A stretch of 64,000 nt of DNA from an uncultured Thermoleophilia bacterium (GTDB taxonomy: Bacteria > Actinomycetota > Thermoleophilia > UBA2241): contig CAVQSP010000011.1 in NCBI GenBank assembly GCA_963715985.1, positions 352,001 through 416,000 on the forward strand, in the 5' to 3' direction. This document shows positions 17,858-29,635 of the stretch, one piece after another (position 1 is the first letter of the stretch; each line of letters starts with the position of its first letter). Made by a program: the position numbers and the translations under genes. Under the pieces are notes generated by a model that saw nothing but the letters and a program-made list of their open reading frames with translations, made no database searches and was not told the DNA's origin.

Positions 17858-18087
17858 GGCTCCTCTGGTCCGGGCGCTTGGGCCGGCGGGCGCCGGCAAC
17901 GGTCGCGCACAGCGTACGCGGGGCGCCCGGCAAAGGCAACGCGGCCGGGCCTCACGCTCGCGCCCCGCCCGCCCCTCGCGGCCGCCGCGCTCTCGCGAGA
18001 CAGACCGCCCGCGCCGATGATAGGTTGAGGCCGCCCTCGTACCGGCCGGGGCGGCCGGCGCATGTAGCCACCACAGCGGAGAGGACC

Positions 18088-19593
18088 ATGAGCTTGGAGC
18101 AGTCCACGTTCGACCCCAAGCGCTGCGCGCTGACCGTGCCCAACGACCTCGCCTACCTGCCCATGATCCAGGGCTTCGTGCGCGCCTTCGCCGGTGAAGC
18201 CGGCTTCGCCGGCAAGGACCTCGGTCGTTTCGACCTGCTCATGGAGGAGGCGGTCACCAACGTCATCCACGGCGCCTTCGTCGAGGATGAGCGCGCCAGC
18301 TTCGACATCTCCTGTGAGCGCGTGCCCGCCGGCATCCAGATCACCGTGCACGACCAGGGCATGCCGTACGATCCCTCCCTGACCCCCGAGTACGACCCCC
18401 ACGCCGACCTGCACGAGCAGACGGGCAAGGGGCTCGGCAGCTTCCTCATGCAGCAGCTCGCCGACACCGTCGAGTTCCACAACCTGGGCAGCGAGGGCAA
18501 GGAGACGGTGTTCGTCAAGTACCTCGAGTCACAGGCGGTCACCGACGTCCCGCCGGCGGAGGCGCCGGCCGCGGCGCCGGAGCATGTACCCCCGGCCGAG
18601 CGCGTCGAGATCGAGGTGGGCCCGCTGCGCCCCGAGCAGGCCATCGAGGTCTGCCGCTGCATCTACGACGCGTACCGGTACACCTACGTGAACGAGCACA
18701 TGTACTACCCCGACCGCGTGATCGCCCTCAACGAGAGCGGCGACATGGTCTCGGCCGTCGCCTCCACGCGTGACGGCGAGGTGGCCGGGCACGCGGCCCT
18801 CGTGTTCCCTGAGGACACGCACGAGGTCGCCGACATGGCCGTGGCCGCGGTCAAGGCCAAGTTCCGCGGCCAGTCCATCGCGCGGCGGCTCGGCGAGCAC
18901 CTGGAGGCGGAGGCCAGGGCGCACGGCCTGCACGGGCTGTTCATCGAAGAGGTCACCGTCCACACGTACACGCAGAAGTTCTGCCACCGCCTCGACTTCA
19001 CCGACACGGGGTTCCTGCTCGCCTACTCCCCCGCCACCACGGCCTTCGCCGGCATCACCGGGGCCTCGGACGCGCGGCGCTCGGTCATCGTGGGCTTCAA
19101 GTACCTCGCCGCGCCGGCGGCCGCACGCATCTACGCCCCGGCCGCCCACAAAGACGTCATCACGAGCATCTACGAGCGCCTCGGCGCCCCCGTCACCTTC
19201 GCCCGTGAGGCCAAGGCGAGCGCACACGGCCTGCCCAGACTCGACGTGAGCGTCAACACGCGGCGCTCCGTGGCCACCATCCGCATCCCCACCTACGGCC
19301 GTGGTTTGCCGGAGCGGATCCGCGCGGAGGTGGTGCGGCTGCTGCACGAGAACGTCAGCGTCATCGACGTCTTTCTCGACCTCAGCGAGCGCGGCACAGG
19401 TACCGTCGCCGCGCACCTCGAAGAGGCCGGCTTCCTGTTCACCGGCCTGCTCCCCGGCGGCCCGTCCGGCGACTGGCTCATCATGCAGTTCTTCAACGGC
19501 GTGACCGTGGACTACGGGGGCATGCAGGTGGAGGACCCGTTCACGGCCGACATGCTCGCCTACATCCGCGCCAACGATCCTCTCGCCGTGTGA
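18088..19593 (+). CDS. Anti-sigma-type HATPase domain fused to a GNAT acetyltransferase
   Basis: N-terminal EEAVTNVIHGA, VHDQGMPYDP, GKGLGSFLMQQLAD; then GEVAGHAAL, AAVKAKFRGQSIARRL (acetyl-CoA motif A). Confidence 0.85.
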   Translation: MSLEQSTFDPKRCALTVPNDLAYLPMIQGFVRAFAGEAGFAGKDLGRFDLLMEEAVTNVIHGAFVEDERASFDISCERVPAGIQITVHDQGMPYDPSLTPEYDPHADLHEQTGKGLGSFLMQQLADTVEFHNLGSEGKETVFVKYLESQAVTDVPPAEAPAAAPEHVPPAERVEIEVGPLRPEQAIEVCRCIYDAYRYTYVNEHMYYPDRVIALNESGDMVSAVASTRDGEVAGHAALVFPEDTHEVADMAVAAVKAKFRGQSIARRLGEHLEAEARAHGLHGLFIEEVTVHTYTQKFCHRLDFTDTGFLLAYSPATTAFAGITGASDARRSVIVGFKYLAAPAAARIYAPAAHKDVITSIYERLGAPVTFAREAKASAHGLPRLDVSVNTRRSVATIRIPTYGRGLPERIRAEVVRLLHENVSVIDVFLDLSERGTGTVAAHLEEAGFLFTGLLPGGPSGDWLIMQFFNGVTVDYGGMQVEDPFTADMLAYIRANDPLAV

Positions 19594-19719
19594 GTCCTCC
19601 GCCGGCCCGCCCCTGATGCAGGAGACCAGGAGCCCAGCGGGCGAGATGCTCTGCCGCGAGCGCCTCGAGAAGGTGCTCGGGCGCGGCAGAGACCGCCGCA
19701 GGGGTGACACGCGAGCGCT

Positions 19720-20049
19720 TCAGGAGTAGAGCGCGAGCGCCTCCTCGCGGGTGCCGACGATCTCGAAGAGCTCCGAGAAGCCGGAGATGCTGAACACGTC
19801 GTCCACGAACGGCTTCATGCCGCACAGCACGATGCGCCCGTCGTTCTTCTCCAGGAACTTGAGCACGGCGAGAAAGACCCGCAGCCCCGCGCTGGAGACG
19901 TACTCGTTGTCGTCGAAGTCCGCCACGAGCTTGCGGGCGCCCCCGTCCAGCAGCGTGTCGAACTCCGCCTCCACATCCTTGGCGCTCGTGGTGTCCACCC
20001 TCGCCGGGAGCCTGACGACGTTCACGTCGCCGACGACTTCAACTTCCAT
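19720..20049 (-). CDS. STAS domain anti-sigma factor antagonist
   Basis: RVDTTSA, EYVSSAGLRVFL (phospho-Ser motif), DVFSISGF. Confidence 0.92.
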   Translation of the reverse strand: MEVEVVGDVNVVRLPARVDTTSAKDVEAEFDTLLDGGARKLVADFDDNEYVSSAGLRVFLAVLKFLEKNDGRIVLCGMKPFVDDVFSISGFSELFEIVGTREEALALYS

Positions 20050-20141
20050 ACGATCATCCTCCTGTGCGCCGGCGCCCCGCGCCGGCGGCCCCTGCTGGAC
20101 CGGCACCTATCTTCCGTGAGCACGCAGTGGACGGCAAGCGC

Positions 20142-22085
20142 TCACGCTCCTCGCCCCTCCTCCCCGCCGCCCAGGTAGCGGAACGACACCATGGTGATGT
20201 CGTCCGACTGCTCTGCCCCGCCGGCGTGCTCGGCCAGGGCCTGCATGAGGTCGGCGAGCATGCCGGTGCAGCCGTCCGCGCACACCCGTGCCAGCTCGCG
20301 CGCCAGCCGCTCCTCGCCGAACACCTCGTCGGCGGCGCTCATCGCCTCGCTCACGCCGTCGGTGTACAGGAACAGGGTGTCACCGGGCGCCAGCGTCAGC
20401 TCGGCCTCCGCATACACGATGCCGGCGCGCGCGCCGAGCGCCACGCCCTTGATGTGGGGCAGCTGCTCGACGTGGCCGTCGCGGTCGATGACGAACGGCC
20501 GGTTGTGGCCGGCGCTCGCGTACCTCACGTGGCCGCTGCGCAGGTCGACGACGGCCAGGAACATGGTGATGAACATCGCGGTGTCGTTGTCGGTGGAGAG
20601 CTCCCCGTTGACGCCGGCGAGGATGTGCGCGGGCCCGCCGCCCTCACGCGAGTAGGAGCGCAGGAAGGACCGCCCGACGGCCATGAGCAGCGCTGCAGGC
20701 ACGCCCTTGCCCGACACGTCGGCGATGGCCAGGCAGAGGTGGTCGTCGTCGAGCAGGAAGAAGTCGTAGAAGTCGCCGCCGACCTCACGGGCGGGTTCGA
20801 GCAGAGCGAAGAGCTCCATGTCGCGCCGTTCCGGGTAGGGCGGGAACGTACGCGGCACGAGGCTCATCTGGATCGAAGCGGCGATGCGCAGCTCGCTCTC
20901 GATGCGCTCGCGCTCGGCGGTGGTGATGCGCAGCTCCTCGATGCGCTCCAGCAGGTCGTCACGCATGCTCCCGAACGAGGCCGTCAGATGCGCGATCTCG
21001 TCCCGCCCCCTGGGCTGCGGCAGCGGGGCGTCGAGCTGGCCCTGGGCCAGGGTCTGCGCGGCCGCGTCGAGCACGCCGATCGGCCGCGTGATGGTCCTCG
21101 CCACCAGGAGCGCGATCACGAGGAGCGCGGCCAGGCCGATCAGGCCGATGGCCCACTGGATGCGGCTCAGCTCGATCACGGCGGCGTTGACCTGGCTGTC
21201 CGCGTACACGATGCCCAGCGACCACCCCGTGGACGGGATAGGCGTGTACGCGAGGTACGAGGGCTCGCTGGGCTCGAGTGCGTCGAGCCCGTCGAAGGCG
21301 ACGAACCCGCTGGCGCCGGCCGTCATCTTCTGGCCCACGGCGCGCAGGCTCGGGTCGTCGCGCGCCTCGGCCACACTGAAGATCGACTCGTTCATGATGA
21401 ACTCGTGGTCCGGGTGGGCGATGAAGGTGCCGTTCTGGCTGATGAGGAACGCGTAGCCGGTCTCGCCCAGGTCGAGGCCCTGCAACAGCGCCGAGAGCCA
21501 GGTGAGCGAGACGTCGCCGGTGACCACGGCCGAGACCGGGGCGGCGTCGCGGTCGAGGTGCACGGGCACCGAGTACGTGGCCGTGACCATGTTGGCGCCG
21601 CCCTCGTCGTAGTAGGGCTCCGTCCACTGCGCCTTGCCGGTCTGGAACGGCAGCTGGTACCAGTCGCCGCCTTCGTAGGCGCGGCCGTTGCGGCCGAGGT
21701 CCTTGACGCGCACGATGTCGCCGTCCATGTAGGCGTAGGGGGCGAAGGAGCCGTACACCTCGGGGTCGTAGGCGATGGCGGCGCCCACCAGCTCGGGGTT
21801 GCGCAGCACGGCGCGCTCCAGGAGGCGCCCTGCCTTCTCCGGCCCCGGCTCGAGGTCGTCGACCGACAGGGCCAGGCCCTGCACGACCTTCTCCACCGAG
21901 CCCTCCACGATCTCGATGCGGTTGGCCGTGGCCTGCATGGCCTGGGTGATCTCGCTGCGCTGCTGGGTGCGCAGGATCTGCCGGGCTTCGAGGTACGTGT
22001 ACGCGCTCACGGCCAGGAGGACGAGCCCCGCCCCCACGACCATGAACAGGGTGAGGCGGCGGGCGATGCTCAGGTCACGGAGCAC
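20142..22085 (-). CDS. Cache-HAMP-SpoIIE (PP2C) sensor phosphatase
   Basis: TM, dCache (DWYQLP..WTEPYYD), TM, HAMP (DEIAHL), PP2C (VGGDFYD, IADVSGKG, YTDGVSEA, SDDIT). Confidence 0.93.
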   Translation of the reverse strand: MLRDLSIARRLTLFMVVGAGLVLLAVSAYTYLEARQILRTQQRSEITQAMQATANRIEIVEGSVEKVVQGLALSVDDLEPGPEKAGRLLERAVLRNPELVGAAIAYDPEVYGSFAPYAYMDGDIVRVKDLGRNGRAYEGGDWYQLPFQTGKAQWTEPYYDEGGANMVTATYSVPVHLDRDAAPVSAVVTGDVSLTWLSALLQGLDLGETGYAFLISQNGTFIAHPDHEFIMNESIFSVAEARDDPSLRAVGQKMTAGASGFVAFDGLDALEPSEPSYLAYTPIPSTGWSLGIVYADSQVNAAVIELSRIQWAIGLIGLAALLVIALLVARTITRPIGVLDAAAQTLAQGQLDAPLPQPRGRDEIAHLTASFGSMRDDLLERIEELRITTAERERIESELRIAASIQMSLVPRTFPPYPERRDMELFALLEPAREVGGDFYDFFLLDDDHLCLAIADVSGKGVPAALLMAVGRSFLRSYSREGGGPAHILAGVNGELSTDNDTAMFITMFLAVVDLRSGHVRYASAGHNRPFVIDRDGHVEQLPHIKGVALGARAGIVYAEAELTLAPGDTLFLYTDGVSEAMSAADEVFGEERLARELARVCADGCTGMLADLMQALAEHAGGAEQSDDITMVSFRYLGGGEEGRGA

Positions 22086-23082
22086 CGCGCGCCTCCGGAG
22101 CGACGAAGCGCTCGTACGAAGGGGCCTTCGTGATCTGGTCCTCGCCGATCATGATGGCCCGCGTGCGCGCGTAGTCGACCCGGGAGAGCTTGCCGACCTG
22201 CCAGGAGTCGTGCGCGCCGGGGAAGATGGACGCGAGCACGTGCTCGAGCATCCACTGCTGGTGCACGCGGTTGGTGGGCACGTGCGCGGCCCTGGCCTGG
22301 CGCATCACGATGTCCAGAGCTTGCTCCGGATGGTCGCGGCACCAGCTCCAGCCCTCGAGGGTGGCCGCGGCCACGTCGTCACAGACCCTGGGAGAGGACT
22401 TCTGTGTGGACGCCAGCGTGTAGACGCCGTCCTCGGGGAACCCCAGCCCGTAGTCGCGCATCTTGAAGGAGGTGAGCTGGTCGGGGTCCACACCCGCGTC
22501 GATGATGGCGTGGTACTCGTTGTACTCCATCGCCGCGCAGGCCTGTACTCCGCCGCGCAGGAAGAGGTTCACGGTGTAGTACTGAGGGACGATCCTGGGG
22601 TCGACGCCGGCGGCGCTGAAGAACGCCAGGAGCGCCGCCTGGAAGCTCGACCCCCACAGACTCACCCGCGTCGCCTCGAGATCGTTGCGGGTCGTCACAG
22701 AGGTCTTGCGCGCCACGATCATCAGACTCGAGCGGTTGATCACCTGGCACACGTTCACGAGGGGCGCGCCGGTCTCGTCGGCGCTCAGGGCGCCGCTCAG
22801 GAAGGCCGTGGCGAAGTCCGCCCTGCCCTCGCGCACCTCGGCGATCGGATCCACGTCCGGGCCGCCGGGCAGCACGATCACGTTGAGGCCGCGCCTGGCG
22901 TAGAAGCCCTTCTCAAGGCCCGCGTAGTAGCCCGCGAACTGCGCCTGCGGCCTCCACTGCAGCACGAGCTTCACGTCTTTCGGGTCGACGGCTCCTTTGG
23001 CCTCGCGGCCGCCGGGCCACAGGGCGAAGAAGGCCGCGACGAGCAGGCCCGCCGCGAGGACGCTGAGGGCCCGCCGCCTCAC
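22075..23082 (-). CDS. NMT1/THI5-like substrate-binding protein
   Basis: Signal/anchor peptide followed by LQWRPQAQFAGYYAGLEKGFYARRGL.V.VLPGGP. Confidence 0.87.
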   Translation of the reverse strand: MRRRALSVLAAGLLVAAFFALWPGGREAKGAVDPKDVKLVLQWRPQAQFAGYYAGLEKGFYARRGLNVIVLPGGPDVDPIAEVREGRADFATAFLSGALSADETGAPLVNVCQVINRSSLMIVARKTSVTTRNDLEATRVSLWGSSFQAALLAFFSAAGVDPRIVPQYYTVNLFLRGGVQACAAMEYNEYHAIIDAGVDPDQLTSFKMRDYGLGFPEDGVYTLASTQKSSPRVCDDVAAATLEGWSWCRDHPEQALDIVMRQARAAHVPTNRVHQQWMLEHVLASIFPGAHDSWQVGKLSRVDYARTRAIMIGEDQITKAPSYERFVAPEARGAP

Positions 23083-23510
23083 GTGCGGTGGATGACCAGG
23101 CGCAGGATGTTGCGCGGACCGTCGCGGTTGTAGGAGACCTCGTCCATGACGCGGCGCACGAGGAAGATGCCGAGGCCGCCCACGGCCCGCTCCTCGACCG
23201 CGGCGCGCAGGTCGGGCTCTCCCACGGCCAGCGGGTCGAAGGGCACGCCCTCATCGATGAGCTCGACCACGAAGCGCTTCTCGCCGGGTGCGATGCGCAC
23301 GATGAGCTCGCCCGGGGGGATCTCGTAGGCGTACAGACAGATGTTGACGACGGCCTCTTCCACGGCGAGCTCGAGCTGCATGAGCCGCCGCGGGTGAAGA
23401 CCCCAGTCGCCGGCATGACCGGCGATGAAGGCGATGACCTCGGGCGTCTGCTCGACGTCCGCCACGAAGACCTGCTCGATGAAGCCGTCGGCCGGCTCGT
23501 CGGCTGCCAC
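23079..23510 (-). CDS. Anti-sigma factor/Ser kinase (RsbW-like)
   Basis: ELAVEEAVVNICLYAY, IDEGVPFDPL, GGLGIFLVRRVMDEVSY. Confidence 0.9.
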   Translation of the reverse strand: MAADEPADGFIEQVFVADVEQTPEVIAFIAGHAGDWGLHPRRLMQLELAVEEAVVNICLYAYEIPPGELIVRIAPGEKRFVVELIDEGVPFDPLAVGEPDLRAAVEERAVGGLGIFLVRRVMDEVSYNRDGPRNILRLVIHRT

Positions 23511-23654
23511 TGCCCACCTCCCGTCACGGCGCCGCCGACGTGCACCCGGCCGCGCCCGCCCACCGCGGCCCCTCGACCGCGGCTTCGACCTGTCGCTGTC
23601 CGTATCGGCCGCACGGCGGCCGGGGATGAGAGCCCACGCGAGGAGGCGGGCTGA

Positions 23655-23687
23655 GGCGGGGCGGCGGGCGCCGCCCGCCGCCCCGCC
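23655..23687 (-). terminator. GC-rich hairpin after lon
   Basis: 15-bp perfect stem GGCGGGGCGGCGGGC/GCCCGCCGCCCCGCC about 10 bp after the stop at 23697. Confidence 0.6.
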
Positions 23688-23696
23688 CACCGATCG

Positions 23697-26370
<2,674 letters not shown>

Positions 26371-26374
<4 letters not shown>

Positions 26375-26802
26375 TCGTCCCCCCCTCCCGTCTTGATGTC
26401 GATCTTGCGGGCGCCGTCGCGTTCACTGAGCGTGAGTCTCACCTCGAGCACCCCGGCCTCGTACGTGGCCGTGGAGACGTCGGGGTCCACGTCCACAAGC
26501 AGACGTACGCGGCGCTCGAAGGTCCCGTAGTCCATCTCGACCTGCTGGTACACCCGCCCTTCGCGGGTGGGAAAGACGCGCTCGCCGCGGACCACCAGTT
26601 CGCGCCGGTCCACGAGCAGCTCGATGTCGGCCATGGCCATGCCGGGCAGCTCGAAGCGGACCACGATCTCGCGGGAATCCTCTTCGAAGTACGCGTCGGC
26701 GGCGGGACGGAAGCCGCGGCCGCCGAAGGGCTGCCGCACCGCCATCGCGCACGATTCGTTGAAGGCGCGCAGCACTTCGCTGTGCAGTTTCTCAACATCC
26801 AC
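26371..26802 (-). CDS. Hsp20/alpha-crystallin family protein
   Basis: FRPAADAY, ELPGM, LVVRGER, EMDYGTFERRV, ATYEAGVLEVRL; coupled to lon. Confidence 0.9.
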
Positions 26803-26922
26803 GGAGTGACTCCTTGCACGTGCCCCGGCCGCGATCACGCCGCGACCGGATGCGTTCCTCAGGACTCTGCGATGCACCTACCCGCTTCGCTCGCGGGCGT
26901 AACGACGGCGGCGGGATCCTGC

Positions 26923-26944
26923 GCCGGGGCACTAGCGCCCCGGC
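26923..26944 (-). terminator. Hairpin downstream of the hypothetical gene
   Basis: GCCGGGGC-actagc-GCCCCGGC about 8 bp past the stop at 26952. Confidence 0.5.
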
Positions 26945-26951
26945 CTTCATC

Positions 26952-27464
26952 TCAGCGGTAGGTGTAGGTCCACTCCGCGACCGCCTTCTTGCCACTCTTC
27001 GTGACCACGCTGACGCCGAAACGGTAGGTCCCCCTCGGGTACGGATCGGCCCACGAGAAGACGAGGATGGGCTGAGCCGGCGAGAGCGTCACCCAGTCGA
27101 CCCGCGCCTTCTGACGCCGCCCGTTCACGCTGAGCCTGCAGCGGGACGGCACCACGCGGGCGCTGAGCGGCAGGTAGGCGACGATGACCTGCCAGCTGGT
27201 CCACGGGCCCTTGGCATACGGTGGCGGCACCACGCTCACGACTCGCAGGCCGGAGCGCCCCTCCGACATCGAGGTCGTGGCCGCCGGGGAGGGCGTGCGC
27301 GGCGCGGCGACGCTCGACGGCTCCATCACAGCGGTACCGTCGCCGCTCGAAGCGCAAGCGGACGACACCGCCGCCAGGACGGAGGCCGCGACCAGCGAGA
27401 GGGCCAAGACCCGGCGAGGCCAAGGCGCGTCCGGCGGCCGCCCACTCGATGAACCGTGCAGCAT
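26952..27464 (-). CDS. Hypothetical secreted protein or lipoprotein
   Basis: Hydrophobic signal ending SSAC, Pro/Ser/Thr linker, beta-rich C-terminal domain (Ig-like by inference). Confidence 0.55.
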   Translation of the reverse strand: MLHGSSSGRPPDAPWPRRVLALSLVAASVLAAVSSACASSGDGTAVMEPSSVAAPRTPSPAATTSMSEGRSGLRVVSVVPPPYAKGPWTSWQVIVAYLPLSARVVPSRCRLSVNGRRQKARVDWVTLSPAQPILVFSWADPYPRGTYRFGVSVVTKSGKKAVAEWTYTYR

Positions 27465-27675
27465 AGGCACCCCGGTGGTCCTCGCGGGATCAAGCCGACC
27501 GATTGTCCCCCGCGCCGCGGACCACGGCAAGGGCCGGCGCCGCGGGCGGAGAGCCGGCGGGCCACGACCGGCCTCGCCCGCTCTCGCCACACGTCCGCGC
27601 GCGAGGACTCTCGATCTTCACTTGAGGCTTAGGGATCGCCTCGCTTCCGTCCTCCACACGGTTTACCATGGCCGC

Positions 27676-29616
27676 GTGCAGCTGGCATTCACCACTGTCG
27701 ACGATTTCCACGCGCTGCTCGAGCAGGCGGGCGAAGCTCTCGACTACCGGGAGGCGTGGCCGCACCTCTTCCCCGTGGCCAACTGCCCCCCCGAGCTCAT
27801 GCACAAGCTGGTCGCCGACATCGTGCACGGCGACGAGCGGTTCTCCTGGGAGAGCGACGTTCGCGTGGGCCTCACCGCGTGGCGGGCTCATCGCCGCGAC
27901 CTCGCCGACGTGGCCTTCACCGTGGTCGACCTCGAGACCACAGGCGCCACGCCGGGCTTCTCCAAGATCACCGAGATCGGCGCCGTGCGCATCGAGGGCG
28001 GCCGCGAGACCGGCACCTTCTCGGAGCTGGTCAACCCCGGGGTGCGCATCCCCGAGATGATCGTCGGCATCACCGGCATCGACGACGCTACGGTGGCGGA
28101 CGCGCCGCCCATCGACGTAGTGCTGCCGCGCTTCGTGGACTTCGCCGCGGACTCCGTGCTCGTGGCCCACAACGCCCAGTTCGACCTCGGCTTCCTGGAC
28201 TACGAGCTGGGCAGGCTCGAGCGGCGCACCTTCCCGCGCCCGGCTCTGGACACGCTGCGCCTGGCGCGCAAGCTGTGCCCGCAGCAGCGCTGCTCGCTGA
28301 ACGCCCTCAGCTACCGCTTCGACACGCGCGTCAAGCCGGTGCACCGCGCCCTGCAGGACGCGCAGGCCACCGGCGAGCTGCTCCTCCTCTTCCTCTCCTG
28401 GCTCGAGGAGCAGGGCATGAGCACGCTGGAGGAGGTGGCGCGCTTCTGCGAGCCCGGCGCGCGCCGCAACTACCACAAGATCTCGCTCACCGAGAAGCTG
28501 CCCACCACACCCGGCGTGTACGTGATGCGCGACGAGAAGGGGGCGCCGCTGTACATCGGCAAGGCCGAGAACCTGCGGCGCCGCACGCGCGACCACTTCC
28601 TGCAGCGCCAGGCGTACCGTGCGCGTCAGGCGCTGGAGCTGCTGGAGGGTCTCGACGTGGTCGAGACAGGCTCCGAGTTCGGCGCCCTGCTCCTCGAGCA
28701 GCGTCTCATCCACAAGCACCGGCCACCGTTCAACTCGCACGGCACGCGTGTGCCGAGCTACTCCTACGTCAAGCTCAGCGCCGACGCGTACCCGCGCCTG
28801 TACGCCACGCCCAACCTGCGCGACGACGGCTCCTACTACGCCGGCCCGTTCCGCAAGTCCAGCGTGGCGAGGCGGCTGGTGGAGGGCCTCAACGGCGTCT
28901 TTCCACTGCGCACCTGCGCGCACCTGCCCAACGCCTCAGGCGGCTCGGCGGCCCGCGCGGCGCACGCCTGCCCGCGGGCCGGCACGGGCGCCTGCCTGGC
29001 GCCGTGCAGCCGGCCCCTCAACGGCGAGTACGCCGGCGTGGTGGCCGAGGTGCGGCAGGTGCTCGACGGGCACGGCGGAGCGCTCGACGAGCGCCTGCAG
29101 CAGCGCCAGGCCGGCATGGTGCAGGCGCTGGCGTTCGAGCAGGCGGCGCGCCTGCAGCGCCAGCGCGAAGCGCTCGAGCGGGCGCTGCGCACGGTCCGCC
29201 GCCTGCGCGCCGCGCAGACGCACGAGGCCGTGCTGGCCTACCCGGCGCACCGGCGCGGCTGGGTGGCGCTGTGGGGCGTGCGCGGGGGCCGCATCGCCGT
29301 GGAGCGCGAGGTGGGCCGCGAGGCGTTCGGCGAGGAGGCCGCCTGCGGCCTCCTCGCCGAACTCGCCGCGGCCCAGGCGCCGGTCGCGCCCCTGCCGGCC
29401 GCGGACATCGACGAGATGCTGCTCGTGCACTCGTGGCTCACGAGCAACCGCGAGTCCGTGCACGTCCTGGACACCTCGGCACTGCTGGCCGGCCGCGAGG
29501 GCCGCGCCGAGACCGGCGCCGAGCTCGTGCGGCGCGTACGGCTGTGCGCCGTCGGCGCCGCCGAAGGCGCGGCCCCGCCCGCCGGCGCGCACGGCGGCGC
29601 CCCGTCCGGCGCCTGA
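27676..29616 (+). CDS. DEDDh 3'-5' exonuclease fused to a UvrC-like GIY-YIG nuclease
   Basis: VVDLETTG, VAHNAQFD, HRALQDA; then LPTTPGVY..LYIGKAENLR, PPFN, FEQAARL (UVR). TACCAT 6 nt before GTG suggests a leaderless mRNA. Confidence 0.9.
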   Translation: MQLAFTTVDDFHALLEQAGEALDYREAWPHLFPVANCPPELMHKLVADIVHGDERFSWESDVRVGLTAWRAHRRDLADVAFTVVDLETTGATPGFSKITEIGAVRIEGGRETGTFSELVNPGVRIPEMIVGITGIDDATVADAPPIDVVLPRFVDFAADSVLVAHNAQFDLGFLDYELGRLERRTFPRPALDTLRLARKLCPQQRCSLNALSYRFDTRVKPVHRALQDAQATGELLLLFLSWLEEQGMSTLEEVARFCEPGARRNYHKISLTEKLPTTPGVYVMRDEKGAPLYIGKAENLRRRTRDHFLQRQAYRARQALELLEGLDVVETGSEFGALLLEQRLIHKHRPPFNSHGTRVPSYSYVKLSADAYPRLYATPNLRDDGSYYAGPFRKSSVARRLVEGLNGVFPLRTCAHLPNASGGSAARAAHACPRAGTGACLAPCSRPLNGEYAGVVAEVRQVLDGHGGALDERLQQRQAGMVQALAFEQAARLQRQREALERALRTVRRLRAAQTHEAVLAYPAHRRGWVALWGVRGGRIAVEREVGREAFGEEAACGLLAELAAAQAPVAPLPAADIDEMLLVHSWLTSNRESVHVLDTSALLAGREGRAETGAELVRRVRLCAVGAAEGAAPPAGAHGGAPSGA

Positions 29617-29635
29617 AGCGCCGCCCGCAGCGGCG

